A stretch of 64,000 nt of DNA, from positions 40,796,001 through 40,860,000 of the forward strand of contig OX597822.1 of the NCBI GenBank assembly GCA_951406725.2, written 5' to 3'. The position numbers and the translations under genes are program-made. Below, one piece after another: positions 13,149 through 28,275 of this stretch; within the stretch, counting starts at the first letter, position 1, and the number at the start of each line of letters is the position of its first letter. This stretch comes from Octopus vulgaris (lineage: Eukaryota). The notes beneath the pieces are model-generated. The model searched no databases. It worked only from the letters and a program-made list of their open reading frames with translations, and was not told the DNA's origin.

Positions 13149-13750
13149 GATAGATAGACAAATAGAAAATATATACATACATACAAATATACATGCATAC
13201 ATATATACACATTTCTCCTTTTCTAATCAACCATTACTTCCTCTCTTTTAGTTTCTTTTACAGATACACCTTTCTAAGATTAAATATCACGTATATTCGA
13301 ATAATTATATATACACAAGAATAAATATATACATACATGCATGTATGTATGTATGCACATACATATATATGTATATATAAATACATATATACATATATAC
13401 ATACATGCATACATGCATACATGCATACATGCATACATACATATATACATACGCAAACACCAACTCAACACCCAAGCATACGCGAAGCCATGCATAAAAA
13501 ATTCTTATTCATATTTGAGCTATTAATTATATATATGAAGATATATGGGTACAAATATGCACGTATATATGTGTGTGTTAATGCGTGTGTGTGTTCGTAC
13601 GTGTATGTGTGTGTGTGTGTGTGTGCGTGTGTGTGTTATATATTCGTGTGTGTGTTCATTGTGTGTGAGTATAAGTGTGCATGTATGCGTGTGTGTATGA
13701 TATGGACATATATATTTATATATATCTATATCTATATCTATATATATATA

Positions 13751-14105
13751 GACGTAGGAGTGGCTGTGTGGTAAGTAGCTTGCTTAGCAACCACATGGTT
13801 CCGGGTTCAGTCTTCTACCAATGCCTTGTGAGTGGATTTGGTAGACGAAAACTGAAAGAAGCCCGTCGTATATAAGTATATATATATATGTGTGTGTGTG
13901 TGTGTCTGTGTTTGTGCCCCCCCCCCCCCCAACATCGTTTGACAACCGATGCTGGTGTGTTTACGTCTCCGTAACTTAGCGGTTCGGCAAAAGAGACCGG
14001 TAGAATAAGTTCTAGGCTTACAAAGAATAAGTCCTGGAGTCGATTTGCTCGACTAAAAGGCGGTGCTCCAGCATGGCCACAGTCAAATGATTGAAACAAA
14101 AGAGT
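13751..14105 (+). mobile_element. Family A SINE with an internal deletion
   Basis: Head, central microsatellite and 3' domain match 11671-12095. Confidence 0.85.
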
Positions 14106-14122
14106 ATATCGATAGATAAATC

Positions 14123-14163
<41 letters not shown>

Positions 14164-14590
14164 TTATCAATGTGTTCGTGTTTATGCTTTGTGCGTGCGT
14201 GAGTGTGTGTGCGTGTGTATATGTGTGTATGTGTGTATATGTGTGTGTATGTGTCTGTTCCAGTATGATCGAGTGCTCTGTGGGGTGTTATGCCTTACAT
14301 ACGCATGAATACACAAAAATCTAATACATTTCTGAACGTGCATCAACATACGAGTACGGATATTTTTGCGCCTTGATGTGTGTGTATACATAAGTGCATG
14401 TAGTAGTTTATTTGCACTTGTACTGAAGTAGGTATGCTTGTGTAAATATGTGTGTGTGTTTGTTTGTGTGTTTGCGTATGCGTGTGTGTGTACTGGAGTA
14501 ATAAAAATTAAATTCATAAATTCATAAAATATATTAATACATGTAATATAATGTGTGCGTGCGTACGCTGGTGTTTGCATATGTTTAAGT

Positions 14591-14673
<83 letters not shown>

Positions 14674-14691
14674 CATACATACATGCATATA

Positions 14692-14885
14692 GGCGTAGGA
14701 GTGGCTATGTGGTAAGTAGTTGCTTACCAACCACATGCTTCCGGGTTCAGTCCCACTGCGTGGAACCTTGGGCAAGTGTCTTTTACTATAGCCTCGGGCC
14801 GACCAAAGCCTTGTGAGTGGATTTGGTAGACGGAAACTGAAAGAAGCTCGTCGTATATATGTATATATATGTGTGTGTGTGTTTG
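14692..14885 (+). mobile_element. Family A SINE, 5' half, abutting the mariner
   Basis: Direct match to the family A head and body. Confidence 0.85.
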
Positions 14886-16355
<1,470 letters not shown>

Positions 16356-16363
16356 ATATATAC

Positions 16364-16452
<89 letters not shown>

Positions 16453-17477
16453 CATATACATATATGCATGTATATGTAAGTTTGTAGAAATTTTGTGGGT
16501 ATCACAGAAAGCCGTTCTAGTCGACCCGGCTATCACCCCACATAGAATTAGAACATTTGTAATAACCTTGATATTCTGATGATCTAATGAGCTAGACATC
16601 TTTATCTGTATTGATTTTTAAATGTACAATTGTATCGTACAATGCGTAGCATGCATATTGACACAGTAATGTAAAATGATTTATTATACACTGAAATTAT
16701 CATTACCAGATGAAAGCTGCGAAACAGCCATAACCCTGGTGGTTAAGTAAATATAGTCACTTCTTATACATTCTGACATTTTATGGTTTATATATATACT
16801 TATATATGCACGTACATTTAGGAATGTATGTATATATGTATGTATGTCTCTTCTATTGTTGAATTATTATAAATTTCCCACTGAAGGAGCCGGTTTCCAA
16901 CAAAGATACAAGGCTCTATCTTTAGGATGTAGTTACTACAGACAAATTCACATTTGGAACTTGAGAAAAGTTTTGCATATTTTTACTCTTCCACTCACAG
17001 ATTGCACTTGTAACGTACGAATTAGCCGGGAGATTTCTCTTTCTGAAAATCCCAGTTTATCCAGATTCTCCTTTAAGCATTTACTAACAAAACCTAGTGT
17101 TCCAGTTATTATTTGTATGAATATGTATGTGTATGTATGTATGTATGTACGTATGGATGGATAGATGGATCGATGGATGTGTGGATGTGTGTCTGTATAT
17201 ATATATATATATATATGTTAATAAAATATATGCATATATATAAACATATATGTACGTACCTACCTCTACATGTACATATACACGCATATATGTGTACAGG
17301 ACACCAAAAAGACGTCGAACACATAGAGAGACGAAAAACATAGACACAAACCAAGGAACAAGACAAGCAAAAAAAAAGAGATACAGGACAATAAGCACAA
17401 CGAAAAATCCCCTTCTTCAGTCGCTAAGGTTTCATCTACTAATATATATATATGTATACATGTATATCTATCTATCT

Positions 17478-17552
<75 letters not shown>

Positions 17553-17617
17553 GTCATGTTGGACCGTTAGCTCCTACACGCATTTTTTTTTCTCTCCTTG
17601 TTTCTTTTCTGTGTATA

Positions 17618-17651
17618 TTTCTGTCGAAGAGAGTAGGCTAGAAACGTAAAA
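17618..17651 (+). ncRNA. Degenerate A6U-family hammerhead-like motif
   Basis: ttt CTGTCGA A gaga-gtag-gcta GAAA cg TA aaa. Stem II is disrupted. Confidence 0.4.
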
Positions 17652-17749
17652 GACTTGTTTTATTTCTATTCCTGAGCGCCATACTAATACAATTGTTTGT
17701 TTGTACTCCACCTGCCTTCGTCTTTTGTTTATTTTCGTAAACCTTCCCG

Positions 17750-17798
<49 letters not shown>

Positions 17799-17802
<4 letters not shown>

Positions 17803-17918
17803 AATGTAATATGTGACAATTATTCGGTAGCCATGATAAAACTCCGAGTTTCGGATGCCGAGCTGGAACTCAAAGTTTTATCATGGCTACCGAATAATTG
17901 TCACATATTACATTTACA
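17799..17918. repeat. Fold-back palindrome with 45-bp arms centred on a hammerhead 3' half
   Basis: 17799-17843 is the reverse complement of 17874-17918. The minus strand in the loop reads ggcatcc GAAA ctcggag TT ttatc. Confidence 0.85.
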
Positions 17919-18037
17919 GATAAATTCCTCTATTTACATAATATCGAGGTCTCATTCATTCCTTTGTTGCCTTACCATTTTTATCAGTATATGTACATAC
18001 ATACATACATACATACATACATACATACATACATACA

Positions 18038-18079
<42 letters not shown>

Positions 18080-18082
<3 letters not shown>

Positions 18083-18233
18083 TCTCGGAGTGGTTGGCGT
18101 TAGGAAGAGCATCCAGCTGTAGATCAAGATTGGAGCCTGGCGCAGCCATCTGGTTCGCCAGTCTTCAGCCAAATCGTCCAACCCATGCTAGCATGGAAAG
18201 CAGACGTTGAACGATGATGATGATGATGATGAT
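18080..18233 (+). mobile_element. SINE 3' portion with (GAT)n tail
   Basis: gttggcgttaggaagagcatccagc...ccatgctagcatggaaagcagacgttgaac(gat)n. Confidence 0.65.
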
Positions 18234-18985
18234 ACATATATAATATATATGTATGGGCACGAAGACAAATACACAGATGTGTTTATATTGTATATATCAT
18301 CCCTGGACATCCCTGGTTACGTACACAATCGCTTGGATATACACCCCGCCCATTTCGAAATACACGCTCAGGTGCATATTTATGATGCATGCTTAATGTA
18401 CCAACTGAAATGTATCCAGCCTTAAAGCTTAAATTCCATTCTACACAGACAGCAAAGCCAAAGAACACACACACACACACACACACACATACACACACGC
18501 ATAACATACATACACGTACACACAGACATCCGTACATAAAAAGTACAAGTGTTGATACTCACATAGATATGTATGTGTGTATGTATATATATGTGTATGT
18601 AAGTATGTATATATGTATGTATGTATGTAGGTAGGTAGGTAGGTAGGTAGGTAGGTAGGTAGGTAGGTAGGTAGGTAGGTAGGTAGGTAGGTAGGTAGGT
18701 AGGTAGGTAGGTAGGTAGGTAGGTTGGTTGGTTGGTAGGTATGTTGCTAAGGTGTACACCTGCATTTCGTTTAAAAATTTAATCAATTTCAATATTTGCT
18801 TAATATTGAGTGTGTTCTCCAAGGTTACCACTCCCGGTTCGGAAAAAAAATCATTTATCCGGAAAAAGCTTTGCAATCAATATTTTCAGAAATATGTATG
18901 TTATACCTATTTCTGTATGCGTGCATATATGTATGTGTGTATGGGTGTATACGATAGTGTTCGTGTACGTAAGCGAATGCATATA

Positions 18986-19405
18986 TCTATATATATAAAA
19001 CTGAGAATGTGTGTCTGTCTGTGTGTTTCCCTAAAAGTTGAGAACTACACCACCAATTTCATTCAAATTTTACACATGCCTTACTTAAGGTCCGGGGAGT
19101 GTCATCGGCAAAACATTTTAAACTTTTTGCCTTGGGCGAGCCCACAACAAAATCATATCTTCTCCACTACGATTCCCTAAAACTTGAGAACTACACAACC
19201 AATTTCATTCAAATTTTACACATGCCTTACTTTGGGTCCATGTAGTTTCATGGGCAAAAAAAATGTTCAACTTCTTGCCTAGGGCGAGCCCATAGCAATA
19301 TCATATCTTCTCCACTATTTCAGTATTACGTGTTAAAAGTGAAACAAAAACATTTCTCTATTTTATGTCAGATACTTTCACTTTAACAATAAAAATTAGA
19401 GATAA
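18986..19405 (+). mobile_element. Non-autonomous Helitron-like element with an internal tandem repeat of about 145 bp
   Basis: Starts TCTATATATATAAAACTGAGAATGTGTGTCTGTCTG. Other copies at about 20682-20962 and 44926-45110. Confidence 0.6.
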
Positions 19406-19452
19406 TAATAATTGGGCAAGTGTCTTGGGCCAACTGAATCCTTGTGTGACCG

Positions 19453-19484
<32 letters not shown>

Positions 19485-19630
19485 CATACATATATATGTA
19501 TGTATTTATATATACATACATATATATGTATGTATTTATATATACATATATATGTATGTATTTATATATACATACATATATATGTATGTATTTATATATA
19601 CATACACATATGTATGTATGTATGTATGTT

Positions 19631-19674
<44 letters not shown>

Positions 19675-19679
<5 letters not shown>

Positions 19680-19724
19680 ATTATTTAATTGAACGTCACG
19701 CATCCATTTCCAAGTAAGTTTATA

Positions 19725-19808
<84 letters not shown>

Positions 19809-19839
19809 TACTTGGAAATGGATGCGTGACGTTCAATTA

Positions 19840-19850
<11 letters not shown>
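19675..19850. repeat. Inverted repeat with roughly 50-bp arms around a (TA)n core
   Basis: ttatttaattgaacgtcacgcatccatttccaagtaagtttata ... tataaacttacttggaaatggatgcgtgacgttcaattaaataa. Confidence 0.9.
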
Positions 19851-19907
<57 letters not shown>

Positions 19908-20420
19908 TATATGGGTACAGAACATCGTCAACTATGTAAACAACATGAAGTACGAAAATATACGAGTTAAATACGCAAACAACGAGAGAAAAAATGGAAA
20001 ACAGGACAAGTAACACGGAGAACGACCCTTCATCAGTTGTCGGCTGTGCATGCTTAATGTACCAACTGATAGATGTTCTCTGAGAAACCAATGAGGAATC
20101 ATCAACAAAGTTGCAGGTCTTCCAAGAAATAACTGAACAATTTTTTTCTTCAAGTTGAGGCAGTCTTTCGGTAAAAGTCTATGACATCATGAGCGAGTAC
20201 ACACAGACATCCGTACATAAAAAGTACAAGTGTTGATACTCACATAGATATGTATGTGTGTATGTATATATATGTGTATGTAAGTATGTATATATGTATG
20301 TATGTGGTCGTTCGTTTTTCTGGATCTGAGCTGATCCGTAAGTAAACAAGAAGACAACGTCTACAAATAACAATGGACTCGGTTTTCCTCATTCCCGCTG
20401 CCACCCTCTTCCAATATATA

Positions 20421-20586
20421 GGCGCAGGAGTGGCTGTGGTTGGTATGTAGCTTGCTTACCAACCACATGGTTCTGGGTTCATTCCTACTGCGTGGCACCT
20501 TGGGCAAGTGTCTTCTACTATAGCCTCGGGCCGACCAAAGCCTTGTGAGTGGATTTGGTAGACGGAAACTGAAAGAAGACCGTCGT
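20421..20586 (+). mobile_element. Family A SINE, 5' half
   Basis: Direct match to the family A head and body. Confidence 0.85.
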
Positions 20587-21288
20587 AAATATGTATGTTA
20601 TACCTATTTCTGTATGCGTGCATATATGTATGTGTGTATGGGTGTATACGATAGTGTTCGTGTACGTAAGCGAATGCATATATCTATATATAAAGAACTG
20701 AGAATGTAATAAGTCTGTGGCTTAAAAGTTGAGAACTACACCACCAATTTCATTCAAATTTTACACATGCCTTACTTAAGGTCCGGGGAGTGTCATCGGC
20801 AAAACATTTTAAACTTTTTGCCTTGGGCGAGCCCACAACAAAATCATATCTTCTCCACTACGATTCCCTAAAACTTGAGAACTACACAACCAATTTCATT
20901 CAAATTTTACACATGCCTTACTTTGGGTCCATGTAGTTTCATGGGCAAAAAAAATGTTCAACCTAGAGACATGTGACTGGAAAGCAAATTTCTTATTTCT
21001 TTATTGTCCACAAGGGGCTTAAGCAAACTTCTTATCACGCAGCCACCCCTACACCTGTTGAACCCTTTATGGCCGGGAAACCCAGGATAACCCCATAAAT
21101 CGGCCTTCACCAGATAAAAATATAGACTGCGCTTTCTTTGAGTGTGCGTCTCCCGGATTTGTGTTTTTGTAATAACGATATATATATATATGTATGTATA
21201 TATATATATATATATATGTATGTATATATATATATGTATGAATATATACATGTATATATGTATGTATATATATATGTATATATGTATG

Positions 21289-21319
<31 letters not shown>

Positions 21320-21339
21320 GTATGCATATATATATCTAT

Positions 21340-21383
<44 letters not shown>

Positions 21384-21410
21384 ATATATGTATATATGTA
21401 TATATGTATG

Positions 21411-21444
<34 letters not shown>

Positions 21445-21594
21445 TGTATGTATGTATATATGTATGTATATATGTATATATATGTATATATATGTATGTA
21501 TGTATATATATATGTATGTATATACATATGTATGTGTGTATGTATATATATGTATATATATGTATGTATATATATATGTATGTATATACATATG

Positions 21595-21643
<49 letters not shown>

Positions 21644-21691
21644 GTATACATATATGAAGGGTGAGAGTGTGCACGAGAGGACCGTAGTAAA

Positions 21692-21741
<50 letters not shown>

Positions 21742-22073
21742 TAAACTTGCAAATATACCAACAAAAGATGGATAGTCTTGGAATGACTTTGATCATGAGC
21801 CTGCTAAATCAGAGATGACCTGGGGCTAAACAACAGACAACAACAACAATAACACCAGCCACAACAGACAGCATCATAGATCTTGAGTCAAAGACTTCCA
21901 GACGTTAATATGGAAAACATCAATGAAGCTATGTCGAAAGTTCTCTGGAGTTTGCCCAAATCGGAGTCTCCTTGTTGAAAAAGTGGTCGTTCGTTTTTCT
22001 GGATCTGAGCTGATCCGTAAGTAAACAAGAAGACAACGCTTCAAAGCAGCGAGATAGATTCAAACACATTTAT

Positions 22074-22108
<35 letters not shown>

Positions 22109-22477
22109 CACACACATACAAATGCACAGCCGTACATATATACAAAGACACATATTCACCAAATCACACATATTACTGTTACGTAATTATGTATATACAT
22201 AAACACACATATATATGTATGTATGTACATACGTATCTATGTATAAGTGTATGTATGTATATGTGTGTGTGCGTGTGTGTGCATATTAGCATGTATGTAT
22301 ACACAAATATATAAACATATACACATACATAAATACATACATACATTCATACATATAAGTATGTATGGATGGATGGATATATGTATATATATATATATAT
22401 ATACACACACTTGTGCAAATATGCAAAAGTGACTCTATACATATACAAATATATAGATATGCATATATATGCATGTA

Positions 22478-22515
<38 letters not shown>

Positions 22516-22758
22516 CATACATACATACAAACATACACACACATATACACACATATATATATATATACATATATTTATATATACGTATCAATATGTATAA
22601 GTGTACATACATAGATATATGTATATATACATAAATATTTTTATGCGTATATACACGTGTATACAAATAGATATATGCATATAAAAATATGTATGTATAC
22701 ATGCACACATACATATATATATACATGCATTATATGTGCCTGTCTCTATACTTATATA

Positions 22759-22797
<39 letters not shown>

Positions 22798-22820
22798 TAT
22801 GTATATATTCACATATATAT

Positions 22821-22870
<50 letters not shown>

Positions 22871-22885
22871 GTATATATATATATA

Positions 22886-23057
<172 letters not shown>

Positions 23058-23739
23058 TTATATACAGATGTACTGTGTGTGTAGCATATTTAGACGAGAT
23101 CCATCCTGTTCGACTTCCCAGCACTGATGACTCTACTTTCGCAAGGGGTGCGACTTAAGAAGATGATAAAGAAGCAACGCAAAGTCATCAATTTGAACGA
23201 TTATCGCTTTGGTAAGGGGCGGTGGTGGAGTTTTATGTGTTGTGGTGCGAGGCTCGGTGCCTTCCTTGCTAGGCTGGTGGGGGTAGGGCTGTGGGGGTTG
23301 TCTCAGTGACGCCAGTACGTCTAATTAGAGTTCTCCCCAGAATCTCATCCATCGCCTGGACAGTTTCAGAATGGAGACTAAGACATTAGCCAATAGATGT
23401 TAGGTTGTTTGGTAAGAGGGTTACGGAATGGAGAGGGTGGGAGAAATGGATAAGTAGAGGGAGAGAAAGAGAGACATGGAGGGAGAGAAAGAGAGAGAAA
23501 GAGTGGCGGGGTGATAGAAATAAAGGAGATGGAAATGGTAAGAAATCAACAAATGGAAAGAGTTAGGGGTAAGAAGATACATACATATGTACACGCACAT
23601 CCACACAGACACACAGACACACACATATATAATGTCGGATGAAAGAGTGGTAGTAAAAATATAGATAGATAAACGGGTGTGGATAATGAGAACACTTGAC
23701 GAGGAGAAAAAAATCGACTCTACATACATACATACATAC

Positions 23740-23831
<92 letters not shown>

Positions 23832-24020
23832 ATGTATGTATGTATGTATGGCAGCATCTGTCCAAATTGTTCTTTTTTAGCTCAGCGTCTACGCGCTGTT
23901 ATTTGTGGCTTTATTTGTTTCGGGTTGCACCTTTAAAAACAAATTATTTCAGATTTTCTCGAAGTTTCTAAGTTTCTAAATTCTTATGACGTAAACAATA
24001 CAAGCGTGCGCACCGTACAC

Positions 24021-24057
<37 letters not shown>

Positions 24058-24226
24058 TCATAACTGGTAATACTTTCTATTCAGTATCGTGGTTAACTAC
24101 TAACCATATAGATTGCATTATGAAATCGCACATGAAACTCTAAACATAACAGAACCATGTGGTGAGAGCAAGCTTCTTACCACACAGCCGCGCCTGCGCC
24201 TATACATACATACATACATACATACA

Positions 24227-24284
<58 letters not shown>

Positions 24285-24952
24285 TAAAAAGAATTCCAAC
24301 CTTGTCTGATTTTCACGTTTTATTTACAATCTTATAATGATATATTATAAGATAATATATTATAATTGAATAAAATAAAATGAAATAGTAGAATGTTAAA
24401 TATTCATTCTGATTGAACTAGTACTTTCATGCATTGAATTCTGCAATCTTCGGGTTCATGTAGTAGTGTTGACAGTCATGCTTCACAATTTTTGACTGTA
24501 GCAAGATGAGTGATTCTGTGCTATAAATACAGCTGAGTAGGCTCCAGAGTGCTAGGTTTTGCAAACTGTATTCTGACCAATCAGTGTGTAGTATCACTCA
24601 ATTACTTAAGCTGATTGGTTGGTTGAGCTGATTGGTTTAGGCATCACGCTTTGTTGGACAGGTCAAGAGTCCTGTATCTTGACCCTGGCCGAAGCAGCAA
24701 TTGTTGGGTTATTTTTAGAAATGTTGTAAATATCCTTTGTCAGAGATTTTTATATTTTTATATTTCAATTGTCATCATCATCATTGTCAGCACCTTAATT
24801 ATTGTTGCTAGTGGTGATGGTGGTGGCAATAGAACTTTTAACCCTAAATAAGACAATTTTCCTGCTATCTTCGTCTTGATCACCTTTAGTATTGTTGTTG
24901 TTGTTAGTGGTCATGGTCGTAGCAGTGGAAGTAATACCTCTAAGTATTATTA

Positions 24953-25332
24953 TTATTGCTTATTTAGCTTGGGTTCGAATTTATCAATAAAATTCTTTTC
25001 TCTGATTTTCCTCTCGATTTCACTTGGGCTGTGTAATTTGTAGAATGGAAATATTATATATATTTTCCGACCACATGTTGCTAGGTGGTTACTCAAAGGT
25101 ATCTGACGGACCTCTGGGTCTCTAATCTGTTGCCTGTGTACACGTGAGCGTTCTAATAGTGCGTTTCCCGTCTGACCTACATATATTTCTTCACAATTTG
25201 GGCATTTGATGCAGTAAATTAAATTTCTGCTTTTGCAGTTCATATTCGCGTTTGTGAATATTTTCCCGGTTTTTGTGTTTATATATTGACCGGTATGTAT
25301 GAATTGGCATGTGCCACATCGGCTATCATTGC
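24953..25332 (-). pseudogene. Penelope-like retroelement GIY-YIG endonuclease, 5'-truncated at a (TA)n tract
   Basis: CNDSRCGTC linker, NCKSRNLIYCIKCPNCEEIYVGQTG (GIY-YIG), conserved R and H (ERSRVHR), C-terminal REKNFI...PKLN. The frame is open over about 125 aa. Confidence 0.9.
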
Positions 25333-25356
25333 ATATATATATATATATATATATAT

Positions 25357-26326
25357 CACACAACCAGCCGGGTCTCCAGAGGCTGGTCAGCTCCCTGGCG
25401 GATGCCTGCCAAGAGTTCGGCCTTACCATCGGCCTGAAAAAGACAGAGATCATGGGCCAGGACGTCGGAGGGGTCCCCAGCATCAGTGTCGGCGACCACA
25501 GCTTGCAGGTGGTGAACGAGTTCACTTACCTGGGATCGACGGTCTCCAGCAGCCTGTCCCTCGAGCCGGAGCTGAACAAACGGATTGGGAAGGCTGCTGC
25601 TGCCATGGCTAAGCTCTCCAGGAGAGTGTGGGAAAACCACATGCTCACAATAACCACCAAGATCGCAGTGTACCGAGCCTGCGTGCTGAGCACCCTACTC
25701 TACGGCAGCGAGAGCTGGACAACATACACCCGGCAAGAATGCCGCCTCAGCGGCTTCCACATGCGGTGTCTTCGACGGATCCTTGGCATCTCCTGGAAGG
25801 ACCGAGTACCAAACGGAGTCATCCTAGAACAGACTGATATGCTAAGCATGCATGACCTCCTCGTGCGGAGACGACTGCGCTGGCTCGGACACGTCTGCCG
25901 CATGCAGGACGGTCGCATGCCTAAAGACATCCTGTACAGCGAACTCACCACGGGATCCCGACCCAAGGGACGTCCACAGCTACGATACAGGGATGTGTGC
26001 AAGCGCGACCTGAGGACTGCCAACATCTGTCTGGACACGTGGGAGGTAACAGCTGCTGACCGCTCTGCCTGGCGTCGGACAGTGAGGAAAGGCGTTTCCA
26101 TGGCTGAGGAAAGGAGAGCACAGCTGTGGTCGGACAGGCGGGACAGGAGGAGGACAACTGCAGCAACACCCCACACGTACCCATCGATGTTCGTGTGCAG
26201 CAACTGTACCAGGGACTGCCACTCTAGAATTGGACTGTTCAGTCACAGCAGACGCTGCTCATCATCAAAGTAGGCCCCACCCTTGGCGCGACCCATTGTC
26301 TATCAAGACAGACGGGATAAGAAGAA

Positions 26327-26329
<3 letters not shown>
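25357..26329 (+). mobile_element. 5'-truncated RTE-clade LINE, GC-rich and with an open frame
   Basis: RT C-terminus FTYLGS, LLYGSESW, RLRWLGHV, GRMPKDILY, terminal CSNC...SH zinc finger, 3' stem-loop tgtct-atca-agaca and (GAA)n tail, all embedded in (TA)n. Confidence 0.95.
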
Positions 26330-26383
<54 letters not shown>

Positions 26384-26597
26384 GTGAAATAGAAAGATGA
26401 ATAATCTTGTTGCAGATTAATCAAAAGTTTAACCGATACCTTGGTAGCAAAAATCACAGCAGCAGAAGAAAGCACGGTTGGAGGTACAACCATATGGTGT
26501 TGCAACCGTGCGTTGGTGCGGATAATTGAATTTTAATATTATTAGTGAATTGAAGAAATGGAGTTGAACGAAGATTGAACAGAAATCCTTTTATTGC

Positions 26598-26683
26598 ATT
26601 CTACACGTGTTTCGAAAGCCACAATTTACCAAATTCCGATTGAATAAGGAGACCATATTGTGTCTTTCTCTTCAGGAAGAAAT
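26598..26683 (-). ncRNA. Type I hammerhead ribozyme with canonical core and long stem II
   Basis: ttc CTGAAGA gaaagacacaat-[31 nt]-attgtggctttc GAAA cacgtg TA gaa: 11 of 12 bp in stem II, palindromic ACACGUGU stem III, and AATAAA just downstream. Confidence 0.75.
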
Positions 26684-26781
26684 AGGAATTCCGTTGGCAG
26701 AACAAAAACAGAACAGAGGCGCAGCAAAACAAATCGAACGAGGAGGCTCCTAAGAGCCCATGGCCATTTCTTCAATTCACT

Positions 26782-26826
<45 letters not shown>

Positions 26827-28275
26827 GCCTCCACAAACTATATATATATATATATATATATTGGATGTTTAGTTTTAAAGAAACCCACATCCACACCATG
26901 CAGGTCTCTCAGGCATTTAGGAAGGATATCGAAGAGCGTTCAATTCTTTAATTAAGAACATGTCACTATATTTATACAATATTGCTCACATTGTTCTTGA
27001 AGTTTATTTCTATTTAGCTTTCATATTTCTTTGTTGATCAAACATGTCATGGGCAGATTGGTTTATCAACAAGTGTAAAATATATATTTTCCCTTTCTCT
27101 GATCATAATTGGACAACGACATCTTATCTGTTACCCTACTTTTCATTCTTCCACACGAACTTATATTGTCTGACACAGCTACACACACACACGAACACAT
27201 ACACACACATATACACACACATATACACGCGCGCGTGCATACACACGCACTCACATACACACATACACACATACACGCAAACACACACACACACATGCAT
27301 ATATGTTCTTTCCCCTCCTCCTCCTCTTCCTGATTCTCACTACAACACTATTTTTCTCTCTCCTCCAGCCCACCACTTTAACCAATATTATTCTCGATAC
27401 AACACACACATACACACGCACACACACGCATGCACACACACACACGCACACACACGAACACACACACACACACACATACACACACACAACACTCGCGTCC
27501 ACGCTAACACATGTACACCAGGGATATAATAACTCTTTAAACTTCTGTCTTTTTCTTCACAGCCAGCGCGAAGGATGAATTTATCGTTTATTTCATTTAT
27601 TATTGTTCATCATCGGTGGTGGTGGTCGTGGTGGTGGTCGTCGTCGTCGTGGTCGTCGTGGTCGTCGTCGTCGTGGTCGTCGTCGTCGTCGTGGCCGTCG
27701 TCGTCGTCGTCGTCGTCGTCGTGGCCGTCGTCGCCGCCGCCGCCGCCGTCGTCGTTTTAGTGGTGGCGGTAGCGATAGCGGTTGCGGTAGTGTTGGTGGT
27801 GCTGGTGGAGGTGGGGGTCGTCGTCATGAATAATGTGGAAGCGTTATTGGATTTATTTACACACACAGAGACACATACACACGCGCTCGCGCATACATAC
27901 GCACGCACGTACATACATACATACATACATACATACATACATACATACATACCCTGTTGTTGGTGTTGAAATTCCTGTGAAGGAACCTTGGATTTAGTTT
28001 AGAAACCGGTTCCTTCTCCAGTGGCAAGAACTCGAGAAATAAAACTGAATAATGGCATACACACGTGATGATTGCCTCATCTTGTCACTCGTTTCACCTT
28101 CATTCAGATTGTTCTGATTCACTTTCATCCTTGCAAAGATGACTTTTCGTGCCATGCATCCATCTCCATATGACTTTATAAAATACGAAACGGATCAAGC
28201 AACGAAATGTTTGTGAGACATCTGGACGTCATTTGGTTTTAGTGACAAAAGCTTGTACAACATTGTTACCATTCA

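Noticed and set aside
16703-16752. CAGATGA aagctgc GAAA possible hammerhead
   Set aside because: U4A change, poor stem II and no UH triplet in register. At best a relic.
23120-23160. Isolated CTGATGA (also near 50298 and CTGAAGA near 51883)
   Set aside because: No downstream stem II plus GAAA and no closing stems.
24953-25525. 190-aa ORF read as a single fusion protein
   Set aside because: Chance read-through from antisense RTE sequence across (TA)n into the Penelope endonuclease frame.
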